Assembly (NCBI GenBank): GCA_023703615.1
Contig: CP097971.1
Coordinates: 1,059,476-1,123,475 of the forward strand
Origin: SAR86 cluster bacterium
GTDB lineage: Bacteria; Pseudomonadota; Gammaproteobacteria; Magnimaribacterales; D2472
DNA length: 64,000 bases
Direction: 5' to 3'
A model generated the notes under the pieces. The model was not told the origin of the DNA and searched no databases. It saw nothing but the letters and a program-made list of their open reading frames with translations. Positions 18,247 through 27,671 of this stretch are shown piece by piece. Within the stretch, counting starts at the first letter, position 1. Each line of letters opens with the position of its first letter. The position numbers and the translations under genes were made by a program.

Positions 18247-18492
18247 TTTTTATATACAGATTATTGTAGAGATTTTAATTAAATTTGTTACTATTAAATT
18301 AAAGAATTAATACAGTTTTTAATGGAGAAATAAATAAATAAAGGGGAAAGAGTTAGAAAATCGAAGTTAGCCAGCCTAAAAAGAAAAGTGATAAAAGAAA
18401 TTAAAAAAAAGAGAATTTCAAAACTTTATCGTGAACTAAGAAGATTGCGAAAGAATAATCACTAAAGTTTATAGAAATATTAATCTTTTTAA

Positions 18493-19797
18493 TTAGTCTG
18501 CATAATCTAAGCCCTTTGAGGCTTGCACTTCTCTTTTATTAGGATTAACAGATTCTCTGAAAGGCACATCTACAACTTTTGCATCGACTGGAACTCCTGG
18601 AGATTCTGAGTACTCATCAGGAAGTTTAACCATAAATTTAGTACCAACCTCTGAGGATTCCCATGGAACCCATGCAAGAGCAATATTTGTTTCTAACTCA
18701 GGCGACCACCATGGTGATGTAACATAACCCACTTCATTTGCATCTGTATCTGTTACTAACCAAAAATCAGGAGCATAATCTGTGATCTCTTTTCCTCCGA
18801 GAGTTAAGCCAACCATTTTCATTTTAAAAGGAGCTTTACCTTCATCAATTATTGCTCTTTGCTTTTCAAGCTCTTCTTTGCCAATATAATCAGCAGCTTT
18901 GTTTCTTGGTACTTGATAGCTCAAATTTACCTGAAATGGAGACGTTTCGTGATCTAAGTCTTGGCCCCAAGATAAAATACCAGCTGCAATTCTGCGATGA
19001 TGTGCAGGGGCAATAACCATCAAACCAAATTCTTCACCAGCTTCTAGAACTGCATTCCACATTTTTTCAGCATTCTCATGTGCGTTACGAACATAAATTT
19101 CATAACCTTTTTCGCCAGTGAATCCAGTCTGACTAATAACACAATCAGCGCCACCAACTTTAGTTTCTAAGATTCCATAATAAGGCACATCTCTTAATTC
19201 CTCGCCAGCTAGCTTTGCCATAAGATCTTCAGATAGAGGACCTTGAATTTGAACAGGACAAGCATCAATTTCATCAATTTCTACATCATATTTTTTGGAA
19301 ACATTTACTCCTTGCAGCCAAAACAAAAGATCACTATCCGAAATAGAAAACCAAAATTCGTCCTCTGCAAGTCTTAAAAGAACTGGGTCATTAAGCACGC
19401 CACCCTTTTCATTACATAAAATTGCATACTTGCCATTTCCAGGCTCAATTTTTGTTGCGTCTCTTGTAATTACAAAATCTGTGAAAGCTTCTGCATCTGG
19501 GCCTTTTACTCTTATTTGTCTTTCTACAGCAACATTCCACATTGTAACTCGATTCACCAGTGCCTCATATTCAACCATTGCGCCCCCATCCTCTGGTTTT
19601 ACATATCCTCTTGGATGATAGATTCTGTTATAAACCGTCGCTCGCCAGCAACCGGCATCATGAGATAGCGCCCAAAAAGGCGATTTTCTTACCCTAGTTG
19701 AGATTAACAATTCAGTTGGTGTTCGACCGCTTTGTCTAAGATTTATAGGAACTATACGTTCACTTTGATCAACGCTTGGATGATTTGGATTTGCCAT
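18493..19797 (-). CDS. GcvT-family (aminomethyltransferase fold) protein, THF-dependent demethylase-like (DmdA-like candidate)
   Basis: TGFTGEKGYEIYV, RRIAAGILSWGQDLDHETSPFQVNL, DYIGKEELEKQR match the GcvT fold. N-terminal RKSPFW...ATVYNRIYHP and MWNVAVERQIRVKGPDA resemble the demethylase branch. Strong SD aGGGGAGGcagtATG. Confidence 0.75.
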   Translation of the reverse strand: MANPNHPSVDQSERIVPINLRQSGRTPTELLISTRVRKSPFWALSHDAGCWRATVYNRIYHPRGYVKPEDGGAMVEYEALVNRVTMWNVAVERQIRVKGPDAEAFTDFVITRDATKIEPGNGKYAILCNEKGGVLNDPVLLRLAEDEFWFSISDSDLLFWLQGVNVSKKYDVEIDEIDACPVQIQGPLSEDLMAKLAGEELRDVPYYGILETKVGGADCVISQTGFTGEKGYEIYVRNAHENAEKMWNAVLEAGEEFGLMVIAPAHHRRIAAGILSWGQDLDHETSPFQVNLSYQVPRNKAADYIGKEELEKQRAIIDEGKAPFKMKMVGLTLGGKEITDYAPDFWLVTDTDANEVGYVTSPWWSPELETNIALAWVPWESSEVGTKFMVKLPDEYSESPGVPVDAKVVDVPFRESVNPNKREVQASKGLDYAD

Positions 19798-19930
19798 ACT
19801 GCCTCCCCTATTAGATTATGACATTGACTAAATTTATCATCAGTTTTTAACTTTGTAAATCAAAATTTAGCGGATATAAATCTAATAAAAAATAATAAAA
19901 AAGAAATTATTTTTTAGAAAATTTTATTTA

Positions 19931-20719
19931 CTATTTTAGATCAGTAGGTGTTAAAAATTCTTCGTATTGTTTTTGGAGTCTTTGCATCCCCTTTATCCAT
20001 CTATCTCTATCATTTCCTTTTCTCATTACATATTCTGATACTTCTTGATGGGGTAAAACAAGAAATTTTTCTTCGTTTATTGCCTTTATGACACATTCTG
20101 CTACTTCATCTGGTTCCATCATTCCATCAACACCAGCAACACCAGCACCACCAGCGGTCATAGCTGTTTTTACTGCTTGAGGACATAAACAAGATACTCC
20201 TATACCTTTTTCTCCATAAGTTATTTTGATCCACTCTGCAAAACTAACAGCTGCAGCTTTAGTAACAGCATAACTTGATGCCCCAAGTTGTGTTAACAAC
20301 CCTGCAGCGGACGAAGTATTTACTAAGTATCCCTCACCTCTATCTAGCATCTGTGGAAGTACATGTTTTGCAGCATGAATATGTGCTTGTACATTAATTT
20401 CCCAAATTTTTTGCCAATCAGCAGTTTCAGATTCAAAAAAACCAGGCAATCCACCAATGCCGGCATTTGAACAGAATATATCTATACCTCCAAATTCTTT
20501 TGTGGTTTTTTCAATAACATTTTTTATATCTTCCTCTTTAGAAACATCGGCAAATAAAGACATACCAGAAATCTGTTGTGCCGTTTCTTGTGCACCATCT
20601 AAATTTACATCAACTGCACATATTGAAGCAGCACCATGACTTTTGAAAGCTATGCAGAGTTCTTTACCAATTCCACTAGCTGCACCAGTTACAACAACTT
20701 TTTTATTCTTTATTTCCAT
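19931..20719 (-). CDS. Short-chain dehydrogenase/reductase (SDR) family oxidoreductase
   Basis: VVVTGAASGIGKE cofactor motif, NAGIG, catalytic SSxxxxxxxxYAVTKAA. Confidence 0.85.
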   Translation of the reverse strand: MEIKNKKVVVTGAASGIGKELCIAFKSHGAASICAVDVNLDGAQETAQQISGMSLFADVSKEEDIKNVIEKTTKEFGGIDIFCSNAGIGGLPGFFESETADWQKIWEINVQAHIHAAKHVLPQMLDRGEGYLVNTSSAAGLLTQLGASSYAVTKAAAVSFAEWIKITYGEKGIGVSCLCPQAVKTAMTAGGAGVAGVDGMMEPDEVAECVIKAINEEKFLVLPHQEVSEYVMRKGNDRDRWIKGMQRLQKQYEEFLTPTDLK

Positions 20720-20864
20720 ATATTTAAAATTATATATTTATTGACGATAAGAAATTAAGTATTTTTCATAAATAAATTTTGCCATATTATATATTTAATA
20801 AGAACTATTAAATTAGTTTTGTATTAATACACATTTATTCTCATCCTGTTAAAATCAATAACAT

Positions 20865-21338
20865 ATGAACATAAAATATTTAAATCCATTTTTTCTTTCA
20901 TTTCTTATTAGTATTTCTTTCATTGTTTCTGCAAATAAAAATGACGATACTGAAAATATGTTTCTTGTTCACAAAACTCCAACATGTGGTTGTTGTAAAA
21001 GGTGGATGGAACATTTTAAAGAAGACGGATTCAAAGTTTACTCTCAAGATCACCAAAACTTAAATCAAATTAAAGAAAAATATAATATTGATGTTTCATA
21101 TAGATCATGTCATACAACCGTGTCATCTAATGGCTTTATTTTTGAAGGTCATATTCCTAGCAAATACATAAAGCAATTTCTCTCAGAAACTCATGAAAAT
21201 GCTATTGGTTTGTCTGTTCCAGGGATGCCACTAGGTTCTCCAGGAATGGAATACGAGGATCGATTTATGCCTTATGAGGTTTTAATTCTTTATAAAGATG
21301 GATCCAGTAATGTATATGCTGCAGTTGAGAACAAATAA
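20865..21338 (+). CDS. DUF411 / CopG-like periplasmic metal (copper) binding protein
   Basis: Signal peptide. KTPTCGCCKRWMEHF (C-x-C-C motif), HTTV, GHIP, GLSVPGMPLGSPGME. This is the DUF411 pattern. Confidence 0.7.
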   Translation: MNIKYLNPFFLSFLISISFIVSANKNDDTENMFLVHKTPTCGCCKRWMEHFKEDGFKVYSQDHQNLNQIKEKYNIDVSYRSCHTTVSSNGFIFEGHIPSKYIKQFLSETHENAIGLSVPGMPLGSPGMEYEDRFMPYEVLILYKDGSSNVYAAVENK

Positions 21339-21341
21339 GAA

Positions 21342-23480
21342 TTATCTAACTATACTTAATTCTTCAAGAATATTGTCTGCCTTTTCTAATTTTTCTAAAG
21401 TCCAAAGAAAATATCGGGAATCTACTGAGATAGTTCTTGCATCAGGAATATGTTTGTAGTCTGCAATAATTGTCTCTAGCATTCCGTCAAAAGCCAGACC
21501 AACTAACTCAAATTTAGAATTAATAGTTGCCGATCCTGAGTTGCCATTGGTTATATCTAGTGTTGCTAGAAAATTCACTGGTACAGAGTTTATTGGTTCA
21601 TAAGCATATTTACCATAATCTTTATTTTTAATAAGGTCTAATAATTTATTGCTTGCATTAAATGGCTCAACTCCAGTATGTTTCTGAACAATGCCTTCAA
21701 GTCTTGTAAAAGGCTCATAAATCATGCCATCTTTCAAAGACACGCCAGCTACATTCCCATAAGTTACTCTCAAAGTTCCATTGGCATCTGCATACATTTG
21801 TTTATCCAATGATTCATAGTATTGTTTTAAAAGTTTAATAAACTTAGATTTGAGTAACTGCCTTTTGGCACCTATTTCTTCAAATTCTTTTTCGTATTTT
21901 AATGATTCTTCAAAAGTTTCTTTAGCAAAAATAATCAAAGGGTCATTCGAATTATTTAATTCATTTAAACTCATATTCATCATTTGTAAAAAGTTTTTAG
22001 ACGTTTTGTACTTTGTTGAATAGATTTCATCTACTTTAGATAAAATTATCTTTTCAGACTTATCAAGCCCAAGTAAATTACTGTACGTAGGTCTTCTTAA
22101 AGATGTATCGAAAGTCTTATAGGTCATCAACCTATCTAGAAATATTGCTTGGTCAACTCTATAGTCAAATGAATAATCAAGACGCTTTATTCTATTAGTA
22201 ATTCTTTCTTGATCTCTTTCTTGATAGCCAGGTTTTCTTTCTGAGTCAGCTTTTTCTCGTTCAAACGCGTTTCTATATATTCTTTTTGCTTGAGAAATTA
22301 AAGAAGAGCTTCCATAGTATCTTCTTGATATAGCTTTTTGTTGTTCTTGATCAATTAAATCTATTAATTCATAAAAAAAACTTTTGTCTGTTTTAGAAGA
22401 TTTATTTTCAACATAATCCAAAAAATTCTGCCACTTAATATTTTCAGATTCAATAAGTTTAAAATTCTTTGCGCCGTCTATTTGGCCTGAAATTTTTTTA
22501 TAATAATTTTCATAGCCACTTTTTGAGCCTCTATATTTGAGTGAAGAGCCGTCTGAAGAATTGGTATTTTCATCAATTAATTCGATACCCCTCTTGAGAT
22601 ACTTTACGTATTCATTGAAACCAACTTCTATATCCCATTTAATCTCATTGAAGGTTATTGTTCTGTTTGTTCTACCTGGATATCCAACGACCATTACAAA
22701 ATCACCATCTTCTATTCCCTTTGCAGAAATTTTTAAAAATGAATCAGATTGATAAGGAATATTTTTTTCGTCAAACTCTTTACTTGAGCCATCTTTTGCA
22801 ATGTATGCTCTTAATAGTGCAAAATCGCCTGTATGTCTTGGATACATCCAATTATCAATCTCACCACCATATTCTCCAATATATGAAGGTGGCGCATAGA
22901 CCAATCTAACATCTTTTATTTTTAAAACTTTTTCTAATTTGTATGTTTCTCCACTAAAGAAAGATCTCACCCTGCATTCAATATCATCTGATGTTTCACA
23001 TTCTTTTATGATTACTTTTTTATTATCTTCAATGATTTTTGCTCTATCGATATTTTGTGTCTCATCATTCAATCCATTTAAAACTTCTTTTGTAATATCA
23101 GTGCTTTCAAGAGTTACATAAACTCTTGATCCGGGTGCTGACCTTTTTTCTTCATCCATTGATCGGGCAACAAAACCAGTTTTAAATAAATCAGTTTCAG
23201 CATTAGAGTTAAATTGAAGAAATGATCTTTCTATACAATGATAATTAGTAGCAATAAGCCCTTTGTCTGATACAAAAGCAGCAGAGCATCCTCCTAAACT
23301 TACAATAGCGCTCATAGGATGTTTAAATAAATCGCTTACGTTTGAAACTTCGCCTTCAAACCCACTAGCGCGAAGTTCTTTTTGCAATGATTTCATTTGA
23401 TATGGTTCCCACATTCCTTCATCGGCAATAAGGAGAAAATGAAAAATTGTTAAAAGAGCAATTGAATATTTCTTTATCAT
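21342..23480 (-). CDS. Peptidase family S46 dipeptidyl-peptidase (DPP7/DAP BII-like)
   Basis: Signal peptide then ADEGMWEP N-terminal hallmark. Catalytic His region IATNYHC. Catalytic Ser region TNGNSGSATIN...GLAFDG. ~710 aa. Confidence 0.8.
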   Translation of the reverse strand: MIKKYSIALLTIFHFLLIADEGMWEPYQMKSLQKELRASGFEGEVSNVSDLFKHPMSAIVSLGGCSAAFVSDKGLIATNYHCIERSFLQFNSNAETDLFKTGFVARSMDEEKRSAPGSRVYVTLESTDITKEVLNGLNDETQNIDRAKIIEDNKKVIIKECETSDDIECRVRSFFSGETYKLEKVLKIKDVRLVYAPPSYIGEYGGEIDNWMYPRHTGDFALLRAYIAKDGSSKEFDEKNIPYQSDSFLKISAKGIEDGDFVMVVGYPGRTNRTITFNEIKWDIEVGFNEYVKYLKRGIELIDENTNSSDGSSLKYRGSKSGYENYYKKISGQIDGAKNFKLIESENIKWQNFLDYVENKSSKTDKSFFYELIDLIDQEQQKAISRRYYGSSSLISQAKRIYRNAFEREKADSERKPGYQERDQERITNRIKRLDYSFDYRVDQAIFLDRLMTYKTFDTSLRRPTYSNLLGLDKSEKIILSKVDEIYSTKYKTSKNFLQMMNMSLNELNNSNDPLIIFAKETFEESLKYEKEFEEIGAKRQLLKSKFIKLLKQYYESLDKQMYADANGTLRVTYGNVAGVSLKDGMIYEPFTRLEGIVQKHTGVEPFNASNKLLDLIKNKDYGKYAYEPINSVPVNFLATLDITNGNSGSATINSKFELVGLAFDGMLETIIADYKHIPDARTISVDSRYFLWTLEKLEKADNILEELSIVR

Positions 23481-23532
23481 AAAAAAATTTTCCTTATAAA
23501 AACCATTTCCCCCATGGCAAGAAGTTCAATAA

Positions 23533-23609
23533 TGGTGGGCCCGGGAGGACTCGAACCTCCGACCAATGGATTATGAGTCCACTGCTCTAACCAACTGAGC
23601 TACAGGCCC
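23533..23609 (-). tRNA. tRNA with CAU anticodon, most likely tRNA-Ile2 (lysidine-modified); elongator Met not excluded
   Basis: Reverse complement GGGCCTGTAGCTCAGTTGGTTAGAGCAGTGGACTCATAATCCATTGGTCGGAGGTTCGAGTCCTCCCGGGCCCACCA. Clean cloverleaf. C4:G69, C5:G68 and G27:U43 match the TilS determinants I recall for E. coli tRNA-Ile2. Sits just downstream of rpoD, as ileX does in E. coli. Confidence 0.9.
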
Positions 23610-23637
23610 TAAAAAGGTAAAGTATTCTAACGCTAAT

Positions 23638-25452
23638 TTATTCGTCTAGGAAGCTTTTTAAATGGCTGGAGCGACTTGGATGTCTTAATTTTCTTAATGC
23701 TTTTGCTTCTATTTGACGTATTCTCTCCCTAGTAACATCAAATTGTTTACCGACCTCCTCAAGGGTATGGTCAGTATTCATACCGATACCAAATCGCATT
23801 CTTAGTACTTTTGCTTCTCTTGCGGTTAAAGAACCAAGAACATCATCGGTTGCAAAATGTAAGCTATCTTCGGTAGCATTTTCTAGAGGAGATTCTACTA
23901 CAGTATCTTCAATAAAATCTCCTAAACTTGAATCTTCATCATCACCAATGGGTGTTTCAGTTGAAATTGGTTCTTTCGCTATTTTTAGAACTTTTCTAAC
24001 TTTATCTTCTGGCATTTCAAGTTCCTTGCTTAATTCTTCCGGAGTAGGTTCTCTGCCCATGTCTTGCATCATTTGTCTTGAGACTCTGTTAAGTTTATTA
24101 ATTGTTTCTATCATGTGCACAGGAATTCTTATAGTTCTAGCCTGATCAGCTATTGATCTTGTTATAGCTTGTCTGATCCACCAAGTTGCGTAAGTTGAGA
24201 ATTTGTAACCTCTTCTGTACTCAAATTTATCAACTGCTTTCATTAATCCAATGTTTCCTTCTTGTATTAAGTCTAAAAATTGTAGTCCTCTGTTTGTATA
24301 TTTTTTTGCAATTGAAATAACTAGTCTTAAATTAGCTTCAACCATGTCTTTTTTAGCTCGTCTCATTTTTGTTTCGCCCATAGACATATTTCTATTAATT
24401 TCTTTGATTTCTTTTATACTAAGGCCAACATTTTTTTCAAGTTCTAAAATATCTTTTTGGGCAATAACAACATCTTGTTTAACGGAATCTAATAAGTCTT
24501 TTTTGTATTTTTTTTCTTTCATTAAAGCATCAATCCATCTAACTTTTGTAAGGTTATCAGTATATTGTGCTAAAAAGTCTTTTCTTGGCATGCGCGCATT
24601 TTTGACTAACTTATTTTGAATAAACTTTTCTTTTTCTCTAAGCTTTGATAATCCGCTTCTCGCGATGGATGAAATATCATCAAACATTCTCGGACTAAAT
24701 TTAAGAAATTGAAAAATTTGTCCCAATTTTTCAAACTCACGATTAGCTTCTTTGGAATATCTTCCTTTAGATTCTATAATTTTGTTTGTTTTATTATATT
24801 GACGTTTCAAATTAGTCATTCTTCTTTGCACTTCTTCCATATCAGGACCTGATGAAACTTCTTCATCAGATTCTTCAGCTGCTTCTGCTTCTTCTTTTGC
24901 TCTTTGGCTTCCTGGTCCGGCTGATGGCACTTCTTCCATTTCTTCTAAAAAACCGGTTAAAAAGTCATTAATCTTTTTCTCGCCATCTTTTACCATTTGA
25001 TGGTAGTCGATTACATATTCAACAGTTCTTGGATAGAAAACACTAGCATTGAGAAGTTCTCTCATGCCTTCTTCGATTCTTTTTGCTATTTCAATTTCGC
25101 CTTCTCGTGTTAAAAGATCTACTGTTCCCATCTCTCTCATGTACATTCTAACTGGATCAGTTGTTCTTCCTGTTTCATTTTCAACAGCAGCAAGTGCTTC
25201 TGCTGCTTGTTCAAGAGCAATATCATCTGAATCTTCTGATTCAGCTAACATTAAAGTGTCAGCATCAGGTGCTGACTCATGAACTTGAAGACCAAGGTCA
25301 TTAATCATACCTATTATTTCGTCTACTTGGTCTGGATCGGAAATATCATCAGGTAAATGGTCGTTTACGTCTGCATATGTAAGGTAGCCTTGCTCTCTTC
25401 CTTTTTCGATGAGTTCGGCTATTTTTGATCCTTTTTTGCTAAGCTTATCCAC
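23638..25452 (-). CDS. rpoD: RNA polymerase primary sigma factor sigma-70
   Basis: Full-length colinearity with RpoD: region 1.1, acidic spacer, region 2 ([37 protein letters not shown]), region 4 ([28 protein letters not shown]). Confidence 0.97.
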   Translation of the reverse strand: MDKLSKKGSKIAELIEKGREQGYLTYADVNDHLPDDISDPDQVDEIIGMINDLGLQVHESAPDADTLMLAESEDSDDIALEQAAEALAAVENETGRTTDPVRMYMREMGTVDLLTREGEIEIAKRIEEGMRELLNASVFYPRTVEYVIDYHQMVKDGEKKINDFLTGFLEEMEEVPSAGPGSQRAKEEAEAAEESDEEVSSGPDMEEVQRRMTNLKRQYNKTNKIIESKGRYSKEANREFEKLGQIFQFLKFSPRMFDDISSIARSGLSKLREKEKFIQNKLVKNARMPRKDFLAQYTDNLTKVRWIDALMKEKKYKKDLLDSVKQDVVIAQKDILELEKNVGLSIKEIKEINRNMSMGETKMRRAKKDMVEANLRLVISIAKKYTNRGLQFLDLIQEGNIGLMKAVDKFEYRRGYKFSTYATWWIRQAITRSIADQARTIRIPVHMIETINKLNRVSRQMMQDMGREPTPEELSKELEMPEDKVRKVLKIAKEPISTETPIGDDEDSSLGDFIEDTVVESPLENATEDSLHFATDDVLGSLTAREAKVLRMRFGIGMNTDHTLEEVGKQFDVTRERIRQIEAKALRKLRHPSRSSHLKSFLDE

Positions 25453-25510
25453 TATATTTATCGCCCCTGATGTATTAACTCTATTTAGTGATTAATTTCA
25501 TTATTTCAAT

Positions 25511-27262
25511 CTATTTAGAACTCAATTCTTTAAGTAAAGTTTGGTCTTCTTTTGATATCTCTTTAGATAACAAGATTAATTTTTGAAGTTCTCTTGTTTC
25601 TGAAGAAGAAATCTCGCCCATATTATACTTTTCTTTGAGAATTTCTAGTCTATCGTCTCCAGATTGAGAAATATTACTAATACAATCTATCAACATAGAT
25701 TTTGCATCTTCTTTAGATAATATTATTTCTGACACTAAAGCCTCACTATAAAGATTTTTAATTTTATCTTCTTTTATACTTTCTAGAACTGCCGATGGGT
25801 TGATTTTTTCATTTTCTTTATATTTTTCTTGTATAGATCTTATAAATTTGTAGCTTGAATTAGTTTTAATTTCATCAAATATTTGCTCTGTTGATAATGA
25901 TGGGTATTGAATTAACGAAATAAAAATATTGAAAACTGATTTCTTTGCATTTGATGAGCTATATTTATCTTTTCTTGGTGATTCGTCTTTATCTTGATTT
26001 GTGATTGTTTTTTTATTTTTTGCTAAAAGACTTGAGAAATCTAAATTACACAAATTACTAATTTCTTGAATATAAGCTTGTCTAATGGTCTCATTATTGA
26101 TGCTTTTAATATAAGGAAGTGCAAATTTTGCTACATTCGTTCTTCCCTCAAGACTATCCAAATTATCTTTGTCCTTAAGTGTTTGTATGAAAAATTCTGA
26201 TAAAGGAATTGACTTGTTTGTTAATTTTAAAAATTCATCTTTTCCATTTTCGTTCACATAACTGTCAGGATCTTGACCTTCATCAAGAAAGATAAATGAC
26301 ATCTTAATATCTTCTCTTAAAATTGGTAAAGCATTCTCAACAGCTCGCCACGCTGCTTTTCTTCCTGCAAGATCTCCATCAAAAGTAACGTATATTTGCT
26401 TTGCATATCTCATGAGTTTTGAAATATGCAAGCCGGTTATTGCTGTTCCTAAGCTTGCAACTGCATTTTTTATTCCATTTTCATATAAAGCAATTACATC
26501 CATGTATCCTTCTACAACAAACAAAGTATCAATATTTTGATTGTTTTTTTTTGCTTCATACAAACCATAAAGTTCTTTAGATTTGCTAAAAGTTTTTGTT
26601 TCGGGAGAATTTAAATATTTGGGCTCTCCTTCATCTATAATTCTTCCTCCAAAACCTATGTGATCACCCTTTAGATTCTTTATTGGATACATAATTCTGT
26701 TTCTAAATCTGTCTTTTTTGCTATCGGAAAATAATCCAGAATCAATTAATTCTTTGTCTTCAAATTTTTCTTTTAATGAATCATAAAGAGCTGTCCAACT
26801 ATCAAGAGAGAATCCAATTTCAAAAAATTTTGCAGTTTCACCCGAAATACCTCTCTTTTTTAGATAGCTAATAGCTTTCTTACCATACTCACTAGTTAAT
26901 TGCTTTTTAAATATTTCAGCAACATCACTATTAATGTTAATTGCTGCTGAATTATCAAAAGAAGTTTTTTCCCTTGGCACTTCCAAACCAACTGTTGAAG
27001 CAATGGTTTCAACAGCATCAACAAAATCTAAATTTTCATAATTTCTTAAAAAATTAATAGAGTTGCCCTTAGCGCCACAAACAAAACAGTAATAAAATTG
27101 TTTATCCTGATTCACTGCCATAGAAGGTTTGTGATCATCATGAAATGGACACAAACCCCAAAAATTTGAGCCCTTTTTTGTTAATTGAACTCTTCGACCA
27201 ACAATATCTACAATATCTGATTGATCAAGAATTTGGTCTATAAAGCTAGATGGTATTGTCAT
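25511..27262 (-). CDS. dnaG: DNA primase
   Basis: Zinc-ribbon CPFHDDHKPSMAVNQDKQFYYCFVCGAKGN, TOPRIM region VVEGYMDVIAL...FDGDLAGRKAA, C-terminal helicase-interaction region. ATG lies 17 nt inside ruvX. Confidence 0.95.
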   Translation of the reverse strand: MTIPSSFIDQILDQSDIVDIVGRRVQLTKKGSNFWGLCPFHDDHKPSMAVNQDKQFYYCFVCGAKGNSINFLRNYENLDFVDAVETIASTVGLEVPREKTSFDNSAAININSDVAEIFKKQLTSEYGKKAISYLKKRGISGETAKFFEIGFSLDSWTALYDSLKEKFEDKELIDSGLFSDSKKDRFRNRIMYPIKNLKGDHIGFGGRIIDEGEPKYLNSPETKTFSKSKELYGLYEAKKNNQNIDTLFVVEGYMDVIALYENGIKNAVASLGTAITGLHISKLMRYAKQIYVTFDGDLAGRKAAWRAVENALPILREDIKMSFIFLDEGQDPDSYVNENGKDEFLKLTNKSIPLSEFFIQTLKDKDNLDSLEGRTNVAKFALPYIKSINNETIRQAYIQEISNLCNLDFSSLLAKNKKTITNQDKDESPRKDKYSSSNAKKSVFNIFISLIQYPSLSTEQIFDEIKTNSSYKFIRSIQEKYKENEKINPSAVLESIKEDKIKNLYSEALVSEIILSKEDAKSMLIDCISNISQSGDDRLEILKEKYNMGEISSSETRELQKLILLSKEISKEDQTLLKELSSK

Positions 27263-27671
27263 TTTCTAACCAATTATCTATTAATATCTGTGCAGCATGT
27301 GCATCAACAAGCTCATTATCAAAATTTTTATCACCCGATTCTAACAAAAATTTATTTATATTATCTCTAGCCTCAAAGGTAGTCAGTCTTTCATCTACAT
27401 AAATACATTCTGCATCAGTTAATTTTTTTATTTTATTGAAAAAGTTCTCAACTTTCTTCATGATTTCGCTTCTAGATCCATCCATATTCAATGGTTTACC
27501 AATAATAATTAATTTAGGATTCCATTCTTTTAAAACTTCTTTAATATCTTGCCAATTAATTTTATTTTTCTTATTAAAAATTACTTTATAAGGAGATGAA
27601 GATTTTGTTTTGGTCTGACCTACAGCAATTCCAATTTTTTTTTCACCAAAGTCAAAAGATAATATTTGCAT
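27246..27671 (-). CDS. ruvX: Holliday junction resolvase-like / pre-16S rRNA nuclease YqgF
   Basis: ILSFDFGEKKIGIAVGQ N-terminus, VDERLTT, DAHAAQILI. ~140 aa. Confidence 0.85.
   Translation of the reverse strand: MQILSFDFGEKKIGIAVGQTKTKSSSPYKVIFNKKNKINWQDIKEVLKEWNPKLIIIGKPLNMDGSRSEIMKKVENFFNKIKKLTDAECIYVDERLTTFEARDNINKFLLESGDKNFDNELVDAHAAQILIDNWLENDNTI

Noticed and set aside
18334-18466. Open frame encoding a very basic peptide (..KGERVRKSKLASLKRKVIKEIKKKRISKLYRELRRLRKNNH) in the hflX upstream spacer
   Set aside because: No ATG is present. The only candidate start is an internal GTG giving 24 aa without a convincing SD. A/G-rich AT-biased DNA readily produces Lys/Arg-rich frames. No family is recognised.
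19798-19930. Glycine/THF/SAM-type riboswitch upstream of the GcvT-family gene, and a riboswitch in the ~125-nt receptor 5' UTR (16122-16245)
   Set aside because: Both regions are very AT-rich. I could not read conserved helices or the known core motifs in them. An Rfam scan would be needed to exclude this formally.
24251-24619. 122-aa ORF antisense to rpoD, and similar antisense ORFs at 30842-31213 (purH), 33954-34322 (coq7), 51894-52364 (cca), 55731-56123 (tsaD), 43577-43879 and 44111-44365 (SDR genes)
   Set aside because: All lie fully inside confidently identified genes on the other strand. Their products are Ser/Leu/Ile-rich shadow translations without motifs.
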